A stretch of DNA of 64,000 nucleotides from Candidatus Pacearchaeota archaeon (GTDB lineage: Archaea; Nanobdellota; Nanobdellia; Pacearchaeales; GW2011-AR1): positions 18,475 through 82,474 of the forward strand of contig JAFCEE010000001.1 of assembly GCA_017609285.1 (NCBI GenBank). Direction: 5' to 3'. The notes beneath the pieces are model-generated. The model was not told the origin of the DNA, searched no databases, and saw only the letters and a program-made list of their open reading frames with translations. The position numbers were made by a program, and so were the translations under genes. Of the stretch, positions 1 through 10,279 are shown piece after piece (positions within the stretch are counted from its first letter, which is position 1; every line of letters begins with the position of its first letter).

Positions 1-85
1 TAAAGCCGAATTTAAAAAACCACCTACAATAATAGGTGTAAAATAAGATGGTTAAATATAAAAATACTCTCCTTGTAACTTTAAT

Positions 86-361
86 ATGAAAAAAGCAGTA
101 AGAGTTTATTTTTTTGGTACCGTACAGGGGGTTTTTTTCAGAGCTTTTATTAAAGAGAAGGCTGATAAATTAGGAGTAAAAGGTTATGTCAGAAATAAAG
201 AAGATGGTTCTTTAGAAGCGTGGTTTGAAGGCAATAGTAGGGATGTAAATAAAATGATAGAGGTATGTAAAAAAGGACCCCGGCATGCTATAATTAAAAG
301 ATTAGACATAGTTGATGAGTACATACAAGGAATGAAAGATTTTAAAATAATAAGATTTTAG
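86..361 (+). CDS. acyP: Acylphosphatase
   Basis: G-x-VQGVFFR and GYVRN-x-DGS signature motifs. Confidence 0.95.
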   Translation: MKKAVRVYFFGTVQGVFFRAFIKEKADKLGVKGYVRNKEDGSLEAWFEGNSRDVNKMIEVCKKGPRHAIIKRLDIVDEYIQGMKDFKIIRF

Positions 362-391
362 TAAAGTAATAAAAATTTTTAAAAAAGGAAG

Positions 392-1882
392 ATGGGTAGA
401 GAAAAAGAAATAATTAAAGAAAGATTAAGAAAAATAGAGGAATTAAAAAAGTTAGGGGTTAATCCTTATTCTTATTCTTATGCTAAGGAACAGAATGTAA
501 AAGGGTTACAAGAAAGATACAAGAAACTTAAGGCAGGAGAGAGAACAAAAACAAAAGTGAAAGTAGCTGGCAGAGTAATGGTAATAAGAGATATGGGCAA
601 GCTAATTTTTGCCGATTTAAGAGATGAAAGTGAGAAGATACAATTGCAGTTACAAGAGGATATTGTAGGAAAAAAACAAATAAAATTTTTTAAGAAATTT
701 ATTGACGCTGGTGATTTTATTGGTGTTGAAGGAAAGATAATAAAGACAAAAAGAGGAGAACTTACAATTTTAGTTTCTAAATTAGAATTGCTGACAAAAT
801 CTTTATTGCCATTGCCTGAAAAATGGCACGGCTTAGTTGATAAAGAAGAAAGATATAGGAAAAGATATCTTGATTTAATAATGAATCCTGAAGTTAAGGA
901 GGTTTTCATGATTAGAGGAAAAATTCTTGAAGCTATAAGAGAATTTATGGACAAAAATAACTTTGTTGAGATTGAAACTCCTTTACTTCAACCAGTTTAC
1001 GGAGGAGCTACAGCAAAGCCATTTAAGACACATTGTGATGCTTATAATTCAGATTTATATTTGAGTATAGCCCCAGAGCTTTATCTGAAAAAAGCATTGG
1101 TGGGAGGTTTTAGTAGAGTTTATGAGATAACTAAAAAATTTAGGAATGAAGGGGTTGACAGGCAGCACAATCCAGAACATATGACAATTGAGTGGTATCA
1201 GGGATATGCAGATTATAATGATGGAATGAAAATGTTTGAGGAGTTGATTAAATATATAGCTAAAAAATTATTTGGAAAGTTGGTTTTTGAGTATCAGGGG
1301 GAGAAAATTGATTTGAGAAAATGGAAAAAAATTTCCCTAATTCAGGCAATTAAAAAATATTTAGGGGTTGATGTGGAAAAGGTAAAGACAGATGAAGAAG
1401 CTAGAAAAATAGCTAAAAAACAAGGTATAAATCATGAAGGCATAACAAGAGCAAATCTGCCTGATGAATTAATGAAATTATTTAGAGGGAAACTTATTCA
1501 GCCAACCTTTTTAATAGATTATCCGATTGAACTTGCTCCATTAGCTAAGCCAAAGAGAGGTGATCCTTCAAAAGCAGAAATATTTCAACCATTTATTGGG
1601 GGGCTTGAATTGGCTAGAGCTTATTCTGAATTAAATGACCCTTTTCTTCAAAAAAAGCATTTTGAAGAGCAAGAAGAAGAAAGGAAGAGAGGAAACAAAG
1701 AAGCTATGCCTACAGATAGGGATTTTGTTGAAGCATTAAAATATGGCATGCCTCCTGCCTGTGGTGTTGGAATTGGAATTGAAAGGCTAGTTATGTTATT
1801 TACTAATCAGTCCAGTATAAGAGACGTTATATTGTTTCCGTTTATGAAACCTCAAAAATCTAAAATTTCGGAGGAAAAATGA
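392..1882 (+). CDS. lysS: Lysine--tRNA ligase, class II
   Basis: OB-fold anticodon domain (VAGRVM...GDFIGVEG), YRKRYLDL, motif 2 FRNEG..HNPE, motif 3 GMPPACGVGIGIERL. Confidence 0.96.
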   Translation: MGREKEIIKERLRKIEELKKLGVNPYSYSYAKEQNVKGLQERYKKLKAGERTKTKVKVAGRVMVIRDMGKLIFADLRDESEKIQLQLQEDIVGKKQIKFFKKFIDAGDFIGVEGKIIKTKRGELTILVSKLELLTKSLLPLPEKWHGLVDKEERYRKRYLDLIMNPEVKEVFMIRGKILEAIREFMDKNNFVEIETPLLQPVYGGATAKPFKTHCDAYNSDLYLSIAPELYLKKALVGGFSRVYEITKKFRNEGVDRQHNPEHMTIEWYQGYADYNDGMKMFEELIKYIAKKLFGKLVFEYQGEKIDLRKWKKISLIQAIKKYLGVDVEKVKTDEEARKIAKKQGINHEGITRANLPDELMKLFRGKLIQPTFLIDYPIELAPLAKPKRGDPSKAEIFQPFIGGLELARAYSELNDPFLQKKHFEEQEEERKRGNKEAMPTDRDFVEALKYGMPPACGVGIGIERLVMLFTNQSSIRDVILFPFMKPQKSKISEEK

Positions 1883-2067
1883 CAAACCTAATTATAAAAA
1901 GCAACATTAAGAAAGTTGTGAAAGAAATTGATAAAGAAGAGAATGTCCCTAATGTTGCAGGAGATGTGGCTGAAGAATTGAATAAGAAGGTTATAGAGAT
2001 TTTGGAGAAAGCTGTCGATAGGGCAAAGAAAAATCAAAGAAGAACTTTATATGCAAGGGATTTGTGA
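1879..2067 (+). CDS. Small histone-fold protein (archaeal histone/DUF1931-like)
   Basis: 62 aa with C-terminal A..RAKKNQRRTL.ARDL histone-fold L2/alpha3 motif. Confidence 0.8.
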   Translation: MTNLIIKSNIKKVVKEIDKEENVPNVAGDVAEELNKKVIEILEKAVDRAKKNQRRTLYARDL

Positions 2068-2230
2068 TAGTAGATATTAAAAATTAGTTAATGATAGGAA
2101 AAGATCCTAAAAATTCTCATTATTATCTTTAATTTTAATTAACTTAAGATTTAAAAATCTATTTCTGTTTTCTTTATTATGGGTAATAAAGAAAATCAAG
2201 ATTTTCTAACTTGACATTTTAGGGGGGAAA

Positions 2231-2617
2231 ATGTCAAATAAAGAAAAGGGTAGCAAAGCTGAAAGAGAACTTTATCAGATGTTTATAGAGAATGGTTACC
2301 GTGCTGTAAGAGTAGCTGGTTCAGGAATGGCTGAAAATACTTCTTGTGACCTGATAGCTGGAAAAAAAGGCAAGAAGTTTTCTATCGAAGTTAAGTCAAG
2401 TAAAAAGCCAGCAAAATATATTGATAAAAAACAAATTGAAGAATTTTTAATTTTTTCAGAAATATTTGGTTTGAAGCCAATTGTGGCAGTTAGGTTTAAT
2501 AGACATGGGTGGTTTTTTTTAAAGCCAAAACATCTAGAAGACTCTGGCAAGTTTTGGAAAATTTCTTTAGATAAGGCAAGAAAAAAAGGAAAAAGGTTTG
2601 GGCAGATGTTTGGATAA
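2231..2617 (+). CDS. hjc: Holliday junction resolvase Hjc
   Basis: KGSKAEREL, RVAGSG, DLIA, IEVKS motifs. Confidence 0.93.
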   Translation: MSNKEKGSKAERELYQMFIENGYRAVRVAGSGMAENTSCDLIAGKKGKKFSIEVKSSKKPAKYIDKKQIEEFLIFSEIFGLKPIVAVRFNRHGWFFLKPKHLEDSGKFWKISLDKARKKGKRFGQMFG

Positions 2618-2915
2618 TTAGGCAGAAATTTTCTCTCTTGAAATTTGTGAAGGAATATACCATTCTGAATTGAGAAGATAATGCCCTTTATCTTTTTGTA
2701 AAACCCCACATTCAACCATATTTTCCAATACTTCTTTAACGTTATTTTCTTTTCTTCTATATCTTTTCCAGAACATTTCAAAAGAAAAACAATGCTTTCA
2801 TAAGTGAGATAGTTTCCTTCATCTGCCAGTGTAGAGAAAATACTAAAAACCGAATTTTCTAAATCACTTATGGAATTTGGACTATAAACTATCCTATGTA
2901 TAGGTTTGGGACTTT
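2618..2915 (-). pseudogene. Frameshifted remnant of a small winged-helix-like gene
   Basis: Two joined frames read ...SIFSTLADEGNYLTYESIVFLLKCSGKDIEEK / NVKEVLENMVECGVLQKDKGHYLLNSEW...ISA*; no clear start; 5' boundary approximate. Confidence 0.4.
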
Positions 2916-2998
2916 TAAAAATTTTATCAAAATAAAAATTTTATTTGAATATAAAAGACAGCAGTTAAGTTTATAATTTCTTGGTTCTTTATGAAGAT

Positions 2999-3583
2999 AT
3001 GAAGTATAATTATAAAGCAAAAGAGATAGTTTTGAATAGAGAACTAAGCAATCTTGATAAGCTTGTTTTAAATTTCATAAAGATTTTAGAAAAATATACA
3101 GATTATGTAATTGTTTCAGATTATGTTTCTATAATTTTAGGAAGAGCAAGAGCTACAGAGGATGTTGATGTTTTTATTGAAAAAATAGATAAAAGTAAAT
3201 TCTTAAGTTTATATAAAGAATTGTAAGAAAAAGGGTTTTGGTGTATAAATGGAGAATCTGGAGATGAAGTTTTTAGTTATCTTGAAAATAAGATGGCAAT
3301 TAGATTCGCGAGAAAAAATGAAGCTGTACCAAATTTTGAAATTAAGTTTCCAAAAACAAAATTAGATGAAGAAACATTTGAAGATTCAGTTACAGTTGTT
3401 TTAAAAAAGGGAATAATAAAGATATCTTCTTTAGAAAGACAGGTAGCTTTTAAAAGATATTTTCTAAAATCAGATAAGGATGTTGAAGATGCGATACATA
3501 TTGAAGAGTTATTTAAAAATAAATTAGACTACGGAAAAATTAATAAATTAAAAGAGCGTATAGAGAGCAGGGAAAATGGATAA
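2999..3583 (+). pseudogene. Nucleotidyltransferase-like gene interrupted by an in-frame TAA at 3224-3226
   Basis: ORFs 2981-3226 and 3293-3583 share a frame and the gap is open coding (EKGFWCINGESGDEVFSYLENK); GR.RATEDVD NTase-type motif. Confidence 0.75.
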
Positions 3584-3977
3584 AAAATTTGATGAAAGCT
3601 CTAATGAATTGTGGTGTCCAGGAGCCTATATTAAAAAAATAATCCCTGAAGAAGTAGAAAAAATAAAGAAAACTTTAAATAAATCATATAAAGAAGATAT
3701 GAAATTTAATTGTAAGAAATGTGGGAAGAAAATTTCTGCTCATAACAAGGATTGGCATGATAATCTATGTGATGATTGTTTTAATGAAACTTATTTTCCA
3801 GAAGAAGCTGAATCTAAGATTAAAAATAAAAAAATTTTTATGAAGCCTGGGAAAAATAATAAAGAAGATAGGATTAATTTTGTTAGGTTTTGGGTTAATT
3901 ACATTAAAAGCCATAAAGATGAGGAATGGAGTAAACAGCAGAATGAAGTTATAAATGCTCAAATTAGAGAGTCTTGA
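3576..3977 (+). CDS. Hypothetical protein with Zn-finger (CxxC...CxxC) and helical C-terminal domain
   Basis: CKKC...CDDC; overlaps the stop of the upstream NTase-like gene. Confidence 0.6.
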   Translation: MDKKFDESSNELWCPGAYIKKIIPEEVEKIKKTLNKSYKEDMKFNCKKCGKKISAHNKDWHDNLCDDCFNETYFPEEAESKIKNKKIFMKPGKNNKEDRINFVRFWVNYIKSHKDEEWSKQQNEVINAQIRES

Positions 3978-4018
3978 TTTTCAGTTAAATTTAAATCTTC
4001 CTTTTCATTCTTTTATAC

Positions 4019-4441
4019 ATGGAAAAAGAGATTAAGAGTATTTTTTGGGGGATGATAATAATTTTTGTTTTAATTATAAGTTACTTTTTTATTCCAGGTT
4101 TAGATAGTATAAGAAGAGAGGCATTCATTTTTGTTGCTATTTTAGGATTTATCTTATTAATTTTAGGAATAATTTTAATTTATAGAACTATAAAACTAAA
4201 GAAAAAAGGGAAAGAAAAATTATTTTTTATTTTAACAGGAATTTCTCCTGCAGGAATGGTTTTAGGAAGTATTTTGCATAATTTTTTTTATGCTTTAGGA
4301 ATTATTTTTGAGGATAATATTCTTTTGAATAAATTTTTTGAAATTTTACACGTGACAAGTTTTTTATTATCATTAATTGTTTTTCCAGTATTATTTATAA
4401 TTGGTGCAATAGGAATAATTTTAATCGAAAGGAAAAAATGA
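4019..4441 (+). CDS. Hypothetical membrane protein (about 4 TM)
   Basis: Four hydrophobic stretches; ATGA overlap with next gene. Confidence 0.75.
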   Translation: MEKEIKSIFWGMIIIFVLIISYFFIPGLDSIRREAFIFVAILGFILLILGIILIYRTIKLKKKGKEKLFFILTGISPAGMVLGSILHNFFYALGIIFEDNILLNKFFEILHVTSFLLSLIVFPVLFIIGAIGIILIERKK

Positions 4442-5460
4442 AACAAGCATTATTTTATAATAAAATTAGTGAGAAAGAGAAGACAGTTCAGTGTCAATTA
4501 TGTCCTAGATTTTGTGTTTTAAAGCCTGGAGAACTTGGAAATTGTAAAGTAAGGAAAAATATTAATGGAAAACTTTATAGTTTAGTTTATGGTAGGCCCT
4601 GTTCTTTAGCCTTAGACCCAATTGAAAAAAAACCTCTCTACCACTTTTTACCTGGAGAAAGGGCTTTGAGTATCGCAACAGCAGGATGTAACTTGCATTG
4701 TAAACATTGTCAAAACTGGGAAATTAGTCAGTTTGGTCTTGATAAAGTTAAAAGTTTGGAGGTAAAGCCAGAAGAAGTAGTTAAGGAAGCTAAAAAAAAT
4801 AAAGCTGAAATAATTTCTTATACATACACAGAACCAACTATTTTCTACGAGTATATGATAGATATTTGTAAATTGGTCAAAAAAGTAAAAAAACCCAAAA
4901 TGAGAAATACAATTGTAAGTAATGGCTTCATAAATCCAGAGCCTTTAAAAGAATTATGTAAATATCTTGACGGAGCAAATATCGACTTAAAAAGTATAGA
5001 TGATGAATTTTATAGGCATATATGTGGAGGGAGGGTTGAGCCTGTATTAAAAGCAATAAAAATAATGAAAGAAAAAGATATTTGGATTGAACTTACAAAT
5101 TTGTTAATTCCAGGCTTGAATGACTCTACTGAACAAATAGAAAAACTTGTATGGTGGATTAAGAAAAATCTTGGTAGAGATGTACCATTACATTTTACAG
5201 CTTTTTATCCTACTTATAAGCTTTTGAATTTGCCATCTACTTCTCTTTCTACATTAAGAAAAGCAAGAAACATAGCTTTATCAAAAGGTTTACATTATGT
5301 CTATACTGGTAACTTGCCAGATGAAGAAGGTTCTAATACAAGATGTCCTAAATGTGGAAAGACTGTTATAAAAAGAAAGGGTTTTGAGGTTATAGAAAAT
5401 AATTTAAAAAAAGGAAAATGTCCTGAATGTAATGAGAAAATTGCAGGTGTTTGGAGTTAG
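4438..5460 (+). CDS. amrS: AmmeMemoRadiSam-system radical SAM enzyme (PFL-activase-like)
   Basis: CQLCPRFC N-terminus, DPIEKKPLYHF, CNLHCKHCQNWEISQ, YTYTEP, C-terminal CPKC/CPEC. Confidence 0.9.
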   Translation: MKQALFYNKISEKEKTVQCQLCPRFCVLKPGELGNCKVRKNINGKLYSLVYGRPCSLALDPIEKKPLYHFLPGERALSIATAGCNLHCKHCQNWEISQFGLDKVKSLEVKPEEVVKEAKKNKAEIISYTYTEPTIFYEYMIDICKLVKKVKKPKMRNTIVSNGFINPEPLKELCKYLDGANIDLKSIDDEFYRHICGGRVEPVLKAIKIMKEKDIWIELTNLLIPGLNDSTEQIEKLVWWIKKNLGRDVPLHFTAFYPTYKLLNLPSTSLSTLRKARNIALSKGLHYVYTGNLPDEEGSNTRCPKCGKTVIKRKGFEVIENNLKKGKCPECNEKIAGVWS

Positions 5461-6604
5461 TCTGTTTAACTTGTTAATTTTAATTTTTTTTATTAATTTG
5501 GTTTTTGCTGTTAAGATAAATGAGGTTATGCCAAAAACCCCAGAATATGTTGAGATTTACAATGAAAATAGTGATATATTAAATTTAAGCAAGTGGAAAA
5601 TAAAAGACAGTTCTAATTCAGAAGATTCAATAACCTGCTATAACATTCCAAACTGCTCACTTTTAACTAACTCAACTTATTTTTTAATAATTGGTAGAAA
5701 TACTAATATAACTGAAATAACAAATAAAGAAATAACATATTTTTATGTTGAAACCAAAACAATAGCAGATAATTTAAATGATAATGGAGATAATCTCACT
5801 TTTTTCAATTCAACTTTTTCTACAAATTTTTTCTATAATATCACAGAGGTAAACAGAAGTTGGCAACTCTATAATGGTGCATGGCAAATATGTGAGCCAA
5901 CTCCAGGTTTTGCAAATTTCTGTCAGGAGAAGAATCAGACAGATAATAATCAAAACCAAACCAATCAAACTTCTGAGATAATACAAAATTCAACAAAACC
6001 AGAAACCTCTCTTGAATTAGATTGTAAAGAAGAGATAAGAAACGGCGAAGAATTTAAAGTAAAAGTAAAAGTTTACAATTTAGGAGACGAAAGTTATGAT
6101 GTTAAGGTATGGCTAAGTTTTGATAATAAAACAATTTCTGAAACTTATAATAAAAAAGAAAATGGGTGGAAGTCTAGTGGGTATTATATAAATAAAATTT
6201 TTTCTGGACCCGGAAATAAAACTGAAACTTTTGAGTTGAGGATAAAAGAAAAATATAGGGACATTTATGGAAACGCTAAAATAAAGGCTAGAATAAGAAT
6301 TTCTGGAAATAATGAATATGTAGTTGAAGTTAGTTGGGATATTGAGGTTATAGAAAGTTTGGAGAAAAAAGAGATTAATCAAACAATAATAGAAGAAACC
6401 AACCAGACAACAATATCTCGCGAAAAGAAAAAAGAAGAGACAAGCATAATAAAATTAAATAATCCAAAAAATATAAAAATACAAGAAAATTATGGAATAG
6501 AAGTATATAAATCAAAAACACAGCTCATTAGAGAATATGCTATTTATGGTTTTGCTCTGTTTTGTGTTTTTGTTATTATTGTTTTGTTAATTAAAAAATT
6601 CTAA
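5432..6604 (+). CDS. Secreted, C-terminally anchored lamin-tail-domain protein
   Basis: Signal peptide, INEVMP..EYVEIYN, LND.GD, PTPG motifs, many N-x-S/T sequons, C-terminal TM. Confidence 0.8.
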   Translation: MRKLQVFGVSLFNLLILIFFINLVFAVKINEVMPKTPEYVEIYNENSDILNLSKWKIKDSSNSEDSITCYNIPNCSLLTNSTYFLIIGRNTNITEITNKEITYFYVETKTIADNLNDNGDNLTFFNSTFSTNFFYNITEVNRSWQLYNGAWQICEPTPGFANFCQEKNQTDNNQNQTNQTSEIIQNSTKPETSLELDCKEEIRNGEEFKVKVKVYNLGDESYDVKVWLSFDNKTISETYNKKENGWKSSGYYINKIFSGPGNKTETFELRIKEKYRDIYGNAKIKARIRISGNNEYVVEVSWDIEVIESLEKKEINQTIIEETNQTTISREKKKEETSIIKLNNPKNIKIQENYGIEVYKSKTQLIREYAIYGFALFCVFVIIVLLIKKF

Positions 6605-6686
6605 AAATTAAATTGAGAATTTAACTTAAAAGTATGATTTAGACTATAAAGCGAACCTTTATAAATAAATCAGTAGTAATAAAAAA

Positions 6687-7172
6687 ATGACAGAAAGTGT
6701 AAGAGCAATATTGATATTAGAAATTTTGGGTAGGCCAGCAGGACATGTAAAGGAAATTCTTTCTAAAATAATAGAAAAATTAGAAAAGGAAAAAAATGTT
6801 CGTTTGTTAGATAAGAGAATAGCTGAGCCAAAAGAAATAGAGGGTCAAGAAAATATTTTTACTAGTTTTGCTGAAGTTGAGATAGAAACTAACTTACAAA
6901 CATTAATGCTATTGATTTTTGCATATATGCCCTCCCATATAGACATAATTACACCAGAAGACTTAAGAATTAAGAATTCTGACCTGAATTTATTTTTAAA
7001 TGAGTTAGCAAGAAAATTACACCGGTATGATGAATTGGCGAAGACATTAATGATGGAAAGACAAATTATAGCCAAGCAAATTCAAGAAGGAAAGCTAAAA
7101 ATAGAGGGGGGTGAAAGAAAGAAGAGGATAAAGAAAGAGGAGAGTGGTGGAAAAAAGAAAACAAAGAAGTAA
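6687..7172 (+). CDS. Conserved hypothetical protein
   Basis: EILGRP / FAEVE / YMPSHIDI pattern; TATA box (tttataaata) ~28 nt upstream. Confidence 0.75.
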   Translation: MTESVRAILILEILGRPAGHVKEILSKIIEKLEKEKNVRLLDKRIAEPKEIEGQENIFTSFAEVEIETNLQTLMLLIFAYMPSHIDIITPEDLRIKNSDLNLFLNELARKLHRYDELAKTLMMERQIIAKQIQEGKLKIEGGERKKRIKKEESGGKKKTKK

Positions 7173-7192
7173 AAAGTTAAAAAAGAAAAAAT

Positions 7193-8467
7193 CTAAGTTC
7201 TAGATAATCTTCCTCTAATTTCTTTTGGTTTAAATCTTTCTTCATATTTCTCTGCTTTTTCTTTTAAAATTTCTTTTTGTGTCTTTTTTCTTGTCCTTAG
7301 CTTTTTAAAGACAAAAAATCCTATTAAAGCTAAAATAAGTATAATAACAATTAAAGCTATTATTTTTCCTATTCCGGTTTCTTCTTTTTTGCATTTTCCA
7401 AGACAACATAGACCATCTATAGTTAACTTTGAAATACCCTCGCATTTTTCATCTTTTTCACAAAACAATCCACCTAATTCAGAACAAGTTTCTTCTTGTG
7501 TAATTTCAAATTCTTCAATTACCTCTTCGAGTTCTTCTTCATCTTCTAAAGTTATTATTGTTATAAAAGATTGAGCGGTATAATTTCCTGAATATGCGAA
7601 CAATGTTCCATTGCAAATCCCTTCTTTATTTGAGTTGATGGTCAAATTTATTTTTTGTGATGTGCCTGCAGATAATTTGATTATTTTTTCAGGATTTATT
7701 GTTATTATATCTTTTAGATTTGTTGAGATTGAGAGATTGTTTATATCCTCCTGCCCTATGTTTAGGAGAGTAACTTCAAATTGAAAGTCTGAGTTTTTTA
7801 AAACTGTAAAATTTTTTAGAGCTTTAGAAAATCTTAAGTTATTTAAAGTTTTTAGTTCTTCAGAAATTTCAGTAGAAAATATAACAACAGGGATTTTATA
7901 TGTTGTATCTTCAGCTGAAAAAGTTATGGTTGTTACAGTAAAATTTTTTATTCCAGAAATTGAAAAAGGTATTTTTTTAGTTTGTCCTACTCCAATTTCA
8001 ATTTCTTTAGTTGAGTTTAAAAATTCTGTTCTAAGGTTTATAGATTTAATTTTACTTTCTACATTAATATCAAAGTTTTTATCAGTTATTATGAAACCTG
8101 GATTAATTGAAAATGGTGTAATATTACCAGAAACTGAAAAATTATATTTTAAGTCCTCTTGTACTTCTTGACCCACTTCTACATAGTGGGCGTTTTTTAT
8201 AATTAAGGTATAATCCCTTTCTTTTTCTGGAAGTAGGGCATAAATATAATATGTATTTTGAATTTTGGTAAGGTCGTAAACTAAAGGAATATATAGTCTA
8301 CCAGAATAAAACAGGATATCAGATGGTTTTAGAGGTTTGATAAAATTGCCTGAAATCTTTATTATTAAAGTTTCTCCTGGCTTATACTTCTCTTTAAGAT
8401 TTGTTTCTATTGCTAAGACAAAAGGCAGAAATAAAAAAATAAGCAAAAACACCAGACTCTTTTTCAT
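7193..8467 (-). CDS. Secreted membrane-anchored protein with Ig-like and Cys-rich domains
   Basis: Signal peptide, TCSELGG..C...CCLGKC motif, TM then basic tail. Confidence 0.8.
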   Translation of the reverse strand: MKKSLVFLLIFLFLPFVLAIETNLKEKYKPGETLIIKISGNFIKPLKPSDILFYSGRLYIPLVYDLTKIQNTYYIYALLPEKERDYTLIIKNAHYVEVGQEVQEDLKYNFSVSGNITPFSINPGFIITDKNFDINVESKIKSINLRTEFLNSTKEIEIGVGQTKKIPFSISGIKNFTVTTITFSAEDTTYKIPVVIFSTEISEELKTLNNLRFSKALKNFTVLKNSDFQFEVTLLNIGQEDINNLSISTNLKDIITINPEKIIKLSAGTSQKINLTINSNKEGICNGTLFAYSGNYTAQSFITIITLEDEEELEEVIEEFEITQEETCSELGGLFCEKDEKCEGISKLTIDGLCCLGKCKKEETGIGKIIALIVIILILALIGFFVFKKLRTRKKTQKEILKEKAEKYEERFKPKEIRGRLSRT

Positions 8468-8490
8468 ATTTTGATAAGAAAAAAGGCATT
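8458..8490. repeat. 33-bp direct repeat copy 1 (promoter-to-start region of the 424-aa gene)
   Basis: tctttttcatattt-tg-ataagaaaaaaggcatt; matches 10270-10302 at 31/33. Confidence 0.85.
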
Positions 8491-8503
8491 AATAAATTTT
8501 ACT

Positions 8504-10279
8504 TTATTTGCTCATCTCTCTTAATTTCTTTAAAGTTTCTTCTAATTCTTGGTCTGTTTTTGTTCTTGCTGCAGGTCTTGTTGTTACCCTTGCTCCTGCT
8601 GCTGTTCTTGGTGGCATTCTTGTGGGAAACATTCTTCTTAAACCTGCTGGAGGAGCTGAAGGTGGAAATTTTGGATAAGTTTTTGTTACAGGTCCTTTTT
8701 TAAATCCGCCCTTAAATTTAAATAACAAAACTCTTAATTTGTTTCTGAATATTATTCCTAAAACAACTAATATGATTAAAATTATAAGGATATAAATCCA
8801 CCAATAGCTTTTTTCTGGTTTTGGTTTTGGTCTGCAACAAACTTTTCCTATAGGACAACCAAGTGTTGTTTCTTCTTCCTCTTCCAAACATTCTGATCTG
8901 CAATAATAATTAGAATATTCTTCACACTCAGGAGTTTCTGAAATACAACTGCCAAGACAACACTCATCTGTGTCCAGAGCAGAAACTGTTGCTTCATCAC
9001 AAATATAATCTTCTCCACACACCTCTCCTCCCAATTCCTCGCAAGTTTTTTCTACTGCCGGAGTGTCGCAACATACTTTTAAACCAGAACAATAGAAATT
9101 TGGCAAAACATTTCCTCCTGCTTCATCACACTCTCCTTGGGTAATACAATAATAATTATAGTCTTCACAATAATTTTCAGTTGGCAGAGTCACAATTGCT
9201 GCTTCTTTTGGCCAGCCAGCCCATAAGAGGAAGGCTGTATCTCTTATATTGCCATTATTCCAGCAGCCATCATTTCCTTGTGTATTTTCTAACCAGTCTT
9301 TAGCAAGAGATTCGGATTCAGAACTGGATAAGGCAAGTAAAGCAAGGGCAGTGTCATAATATTTTCCTTTTTCTCCTAAATCCCAATAGCCCTGTGTTGA
9401 TTGTGAAAGTAGAATCTCGTTTAAATATTCTTCAAAATTTGTGGATATATATAGGAAAGAGGAAGGAAAGTATTTTTCATTATATTCAGATAATGCAACT
9501 AGATAAGGTATAAATTCAGATATGTCTTTACCTACAGATTGTAATGCTAAAACTGCCCAAAGAGACCCTTCATAATCACAAGAAGTTACGCCAAAACAAT
9601 AGGAGCTGATTTTATGTTCTGTCTGTCCTCCTGCACTTGCAGATTGAACATCAGAAGAAATATACCATACTTGGCTTTGAGATTTTTTATATATCAGAGT
9701 AGAGATAAAGTCCCTATCACAAGAAATTGTAAAATTTTTATTTAAACATTCAGGTTTTACTTTTAACCAATAGTTATCATAAGCAAGAGAAAAACAATTT
9801 CCAAGATTTCCAGATATTTTTTTATCTTCAGATATAGAAATTGTTTTTGAAGCTGTATCATAACTTAAAGTACAGGTTCCTTGTCCAGTCATATCAATTT
9901 CTAAATACCATTCTAATTCAGAAGGATTTCTTTTCTTACTCAAAAGCCATTCTTCCTCATCAGTTGTATCTGCTCCAATATTATGTAAAGCTATTATTGC
10001 AAGAGAAGTTTCTTTAATGCTCCCAAAAGAATTATCTGTTTTTTGTTTGTCTAATAAGGTAGACTTACAATCTTTTTGAATCCCTGAATCATAAGCCATT
10101 GCAAGTAAAGAAAAGGCTAATTGCTCAACATTGCCATTTCCACAGTTGTTCCCTAATTTGTTTTTCAGACAAGAATATGCTTTTTCTTCTATTGTCTGTT
10201 CGGTCTGGTTCTGATTTTGTGCTGAGACAATTGTCAAAGCTAGCAATAAGGTCAGGAACAACACACCAATCTTTTTCAT
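8504..10279 (-). CDS. Secreted membrane-anchored protein with prenyltransferase-like (alpha/alpha toroid) repeats and Cys-rich repeats
   Basis: Signal peptide; DTALALLAL / WL..TQ..DGCW repeats; TCEELGG..C...CCLGSC; TM; Pro/Arg-rich tail. Confidence 0.8.
   Translation of the reverse strand: MKKIGVLFLTLLLALTIVSAQNQNQTEQTIEEKAYSCLKNKLGNNCGNGNVEQLAFSLLAMAYDSGIQKDCKSTLLDKQKTDNSFGSIKETSLAIIALHNIGADTTDEEEWLLSKKRNPSELEWYLEIDMTGQGTCTLSYDTASKTISISEDKKISGNLGNCFSLAYDNYWLKVKPECLNKNFTISCDRDFISTLIYKKSQSQVWYISSDVQSASAGGQTEHKISSYCFGVTSCDYEGSLWAVLALQSVGKDISEFIPYLVALSEYNEKYFPSSFLYISTNFEEYLNEILLSQSTQGYWDLGEKGKYYDTALALLALSSSESESLAKDWLENTQGNDGCWNNGNIRDTAFLLWAGWPKEAAIVTLPTENYCEDYNYYCITQGECDEAGGNVLPNFYCSGLKVCCDTPAVEKTCEELGGEVCGEDYICDEATVSALDTDECCLGSCISETPECEEYSNYYCRSECLEEEEETTLGCPIGKVCCRPKPKPEKSYWWIYILIILIILVVLGIIFRNKLRVLLFKFKGGFKKGPVTKTYPKFPPSAPPAGLRRMFPTRMPPRTAAGARVTTRPAARTKTDQELEETLKKLREMSK

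Noticed and set aside
2296..2781. 161-aa minus-strand ORF as a real gene
   Set aside because: Most of it is antisense to hjc; only the 5' part belongs to the frameshifted remnant at 2618-2915
3224..3226. Stop-codon reassignment
   Set aside because: TAA terminates most genes in the window; a single internal case fits a nonsense mutation or sequencing error
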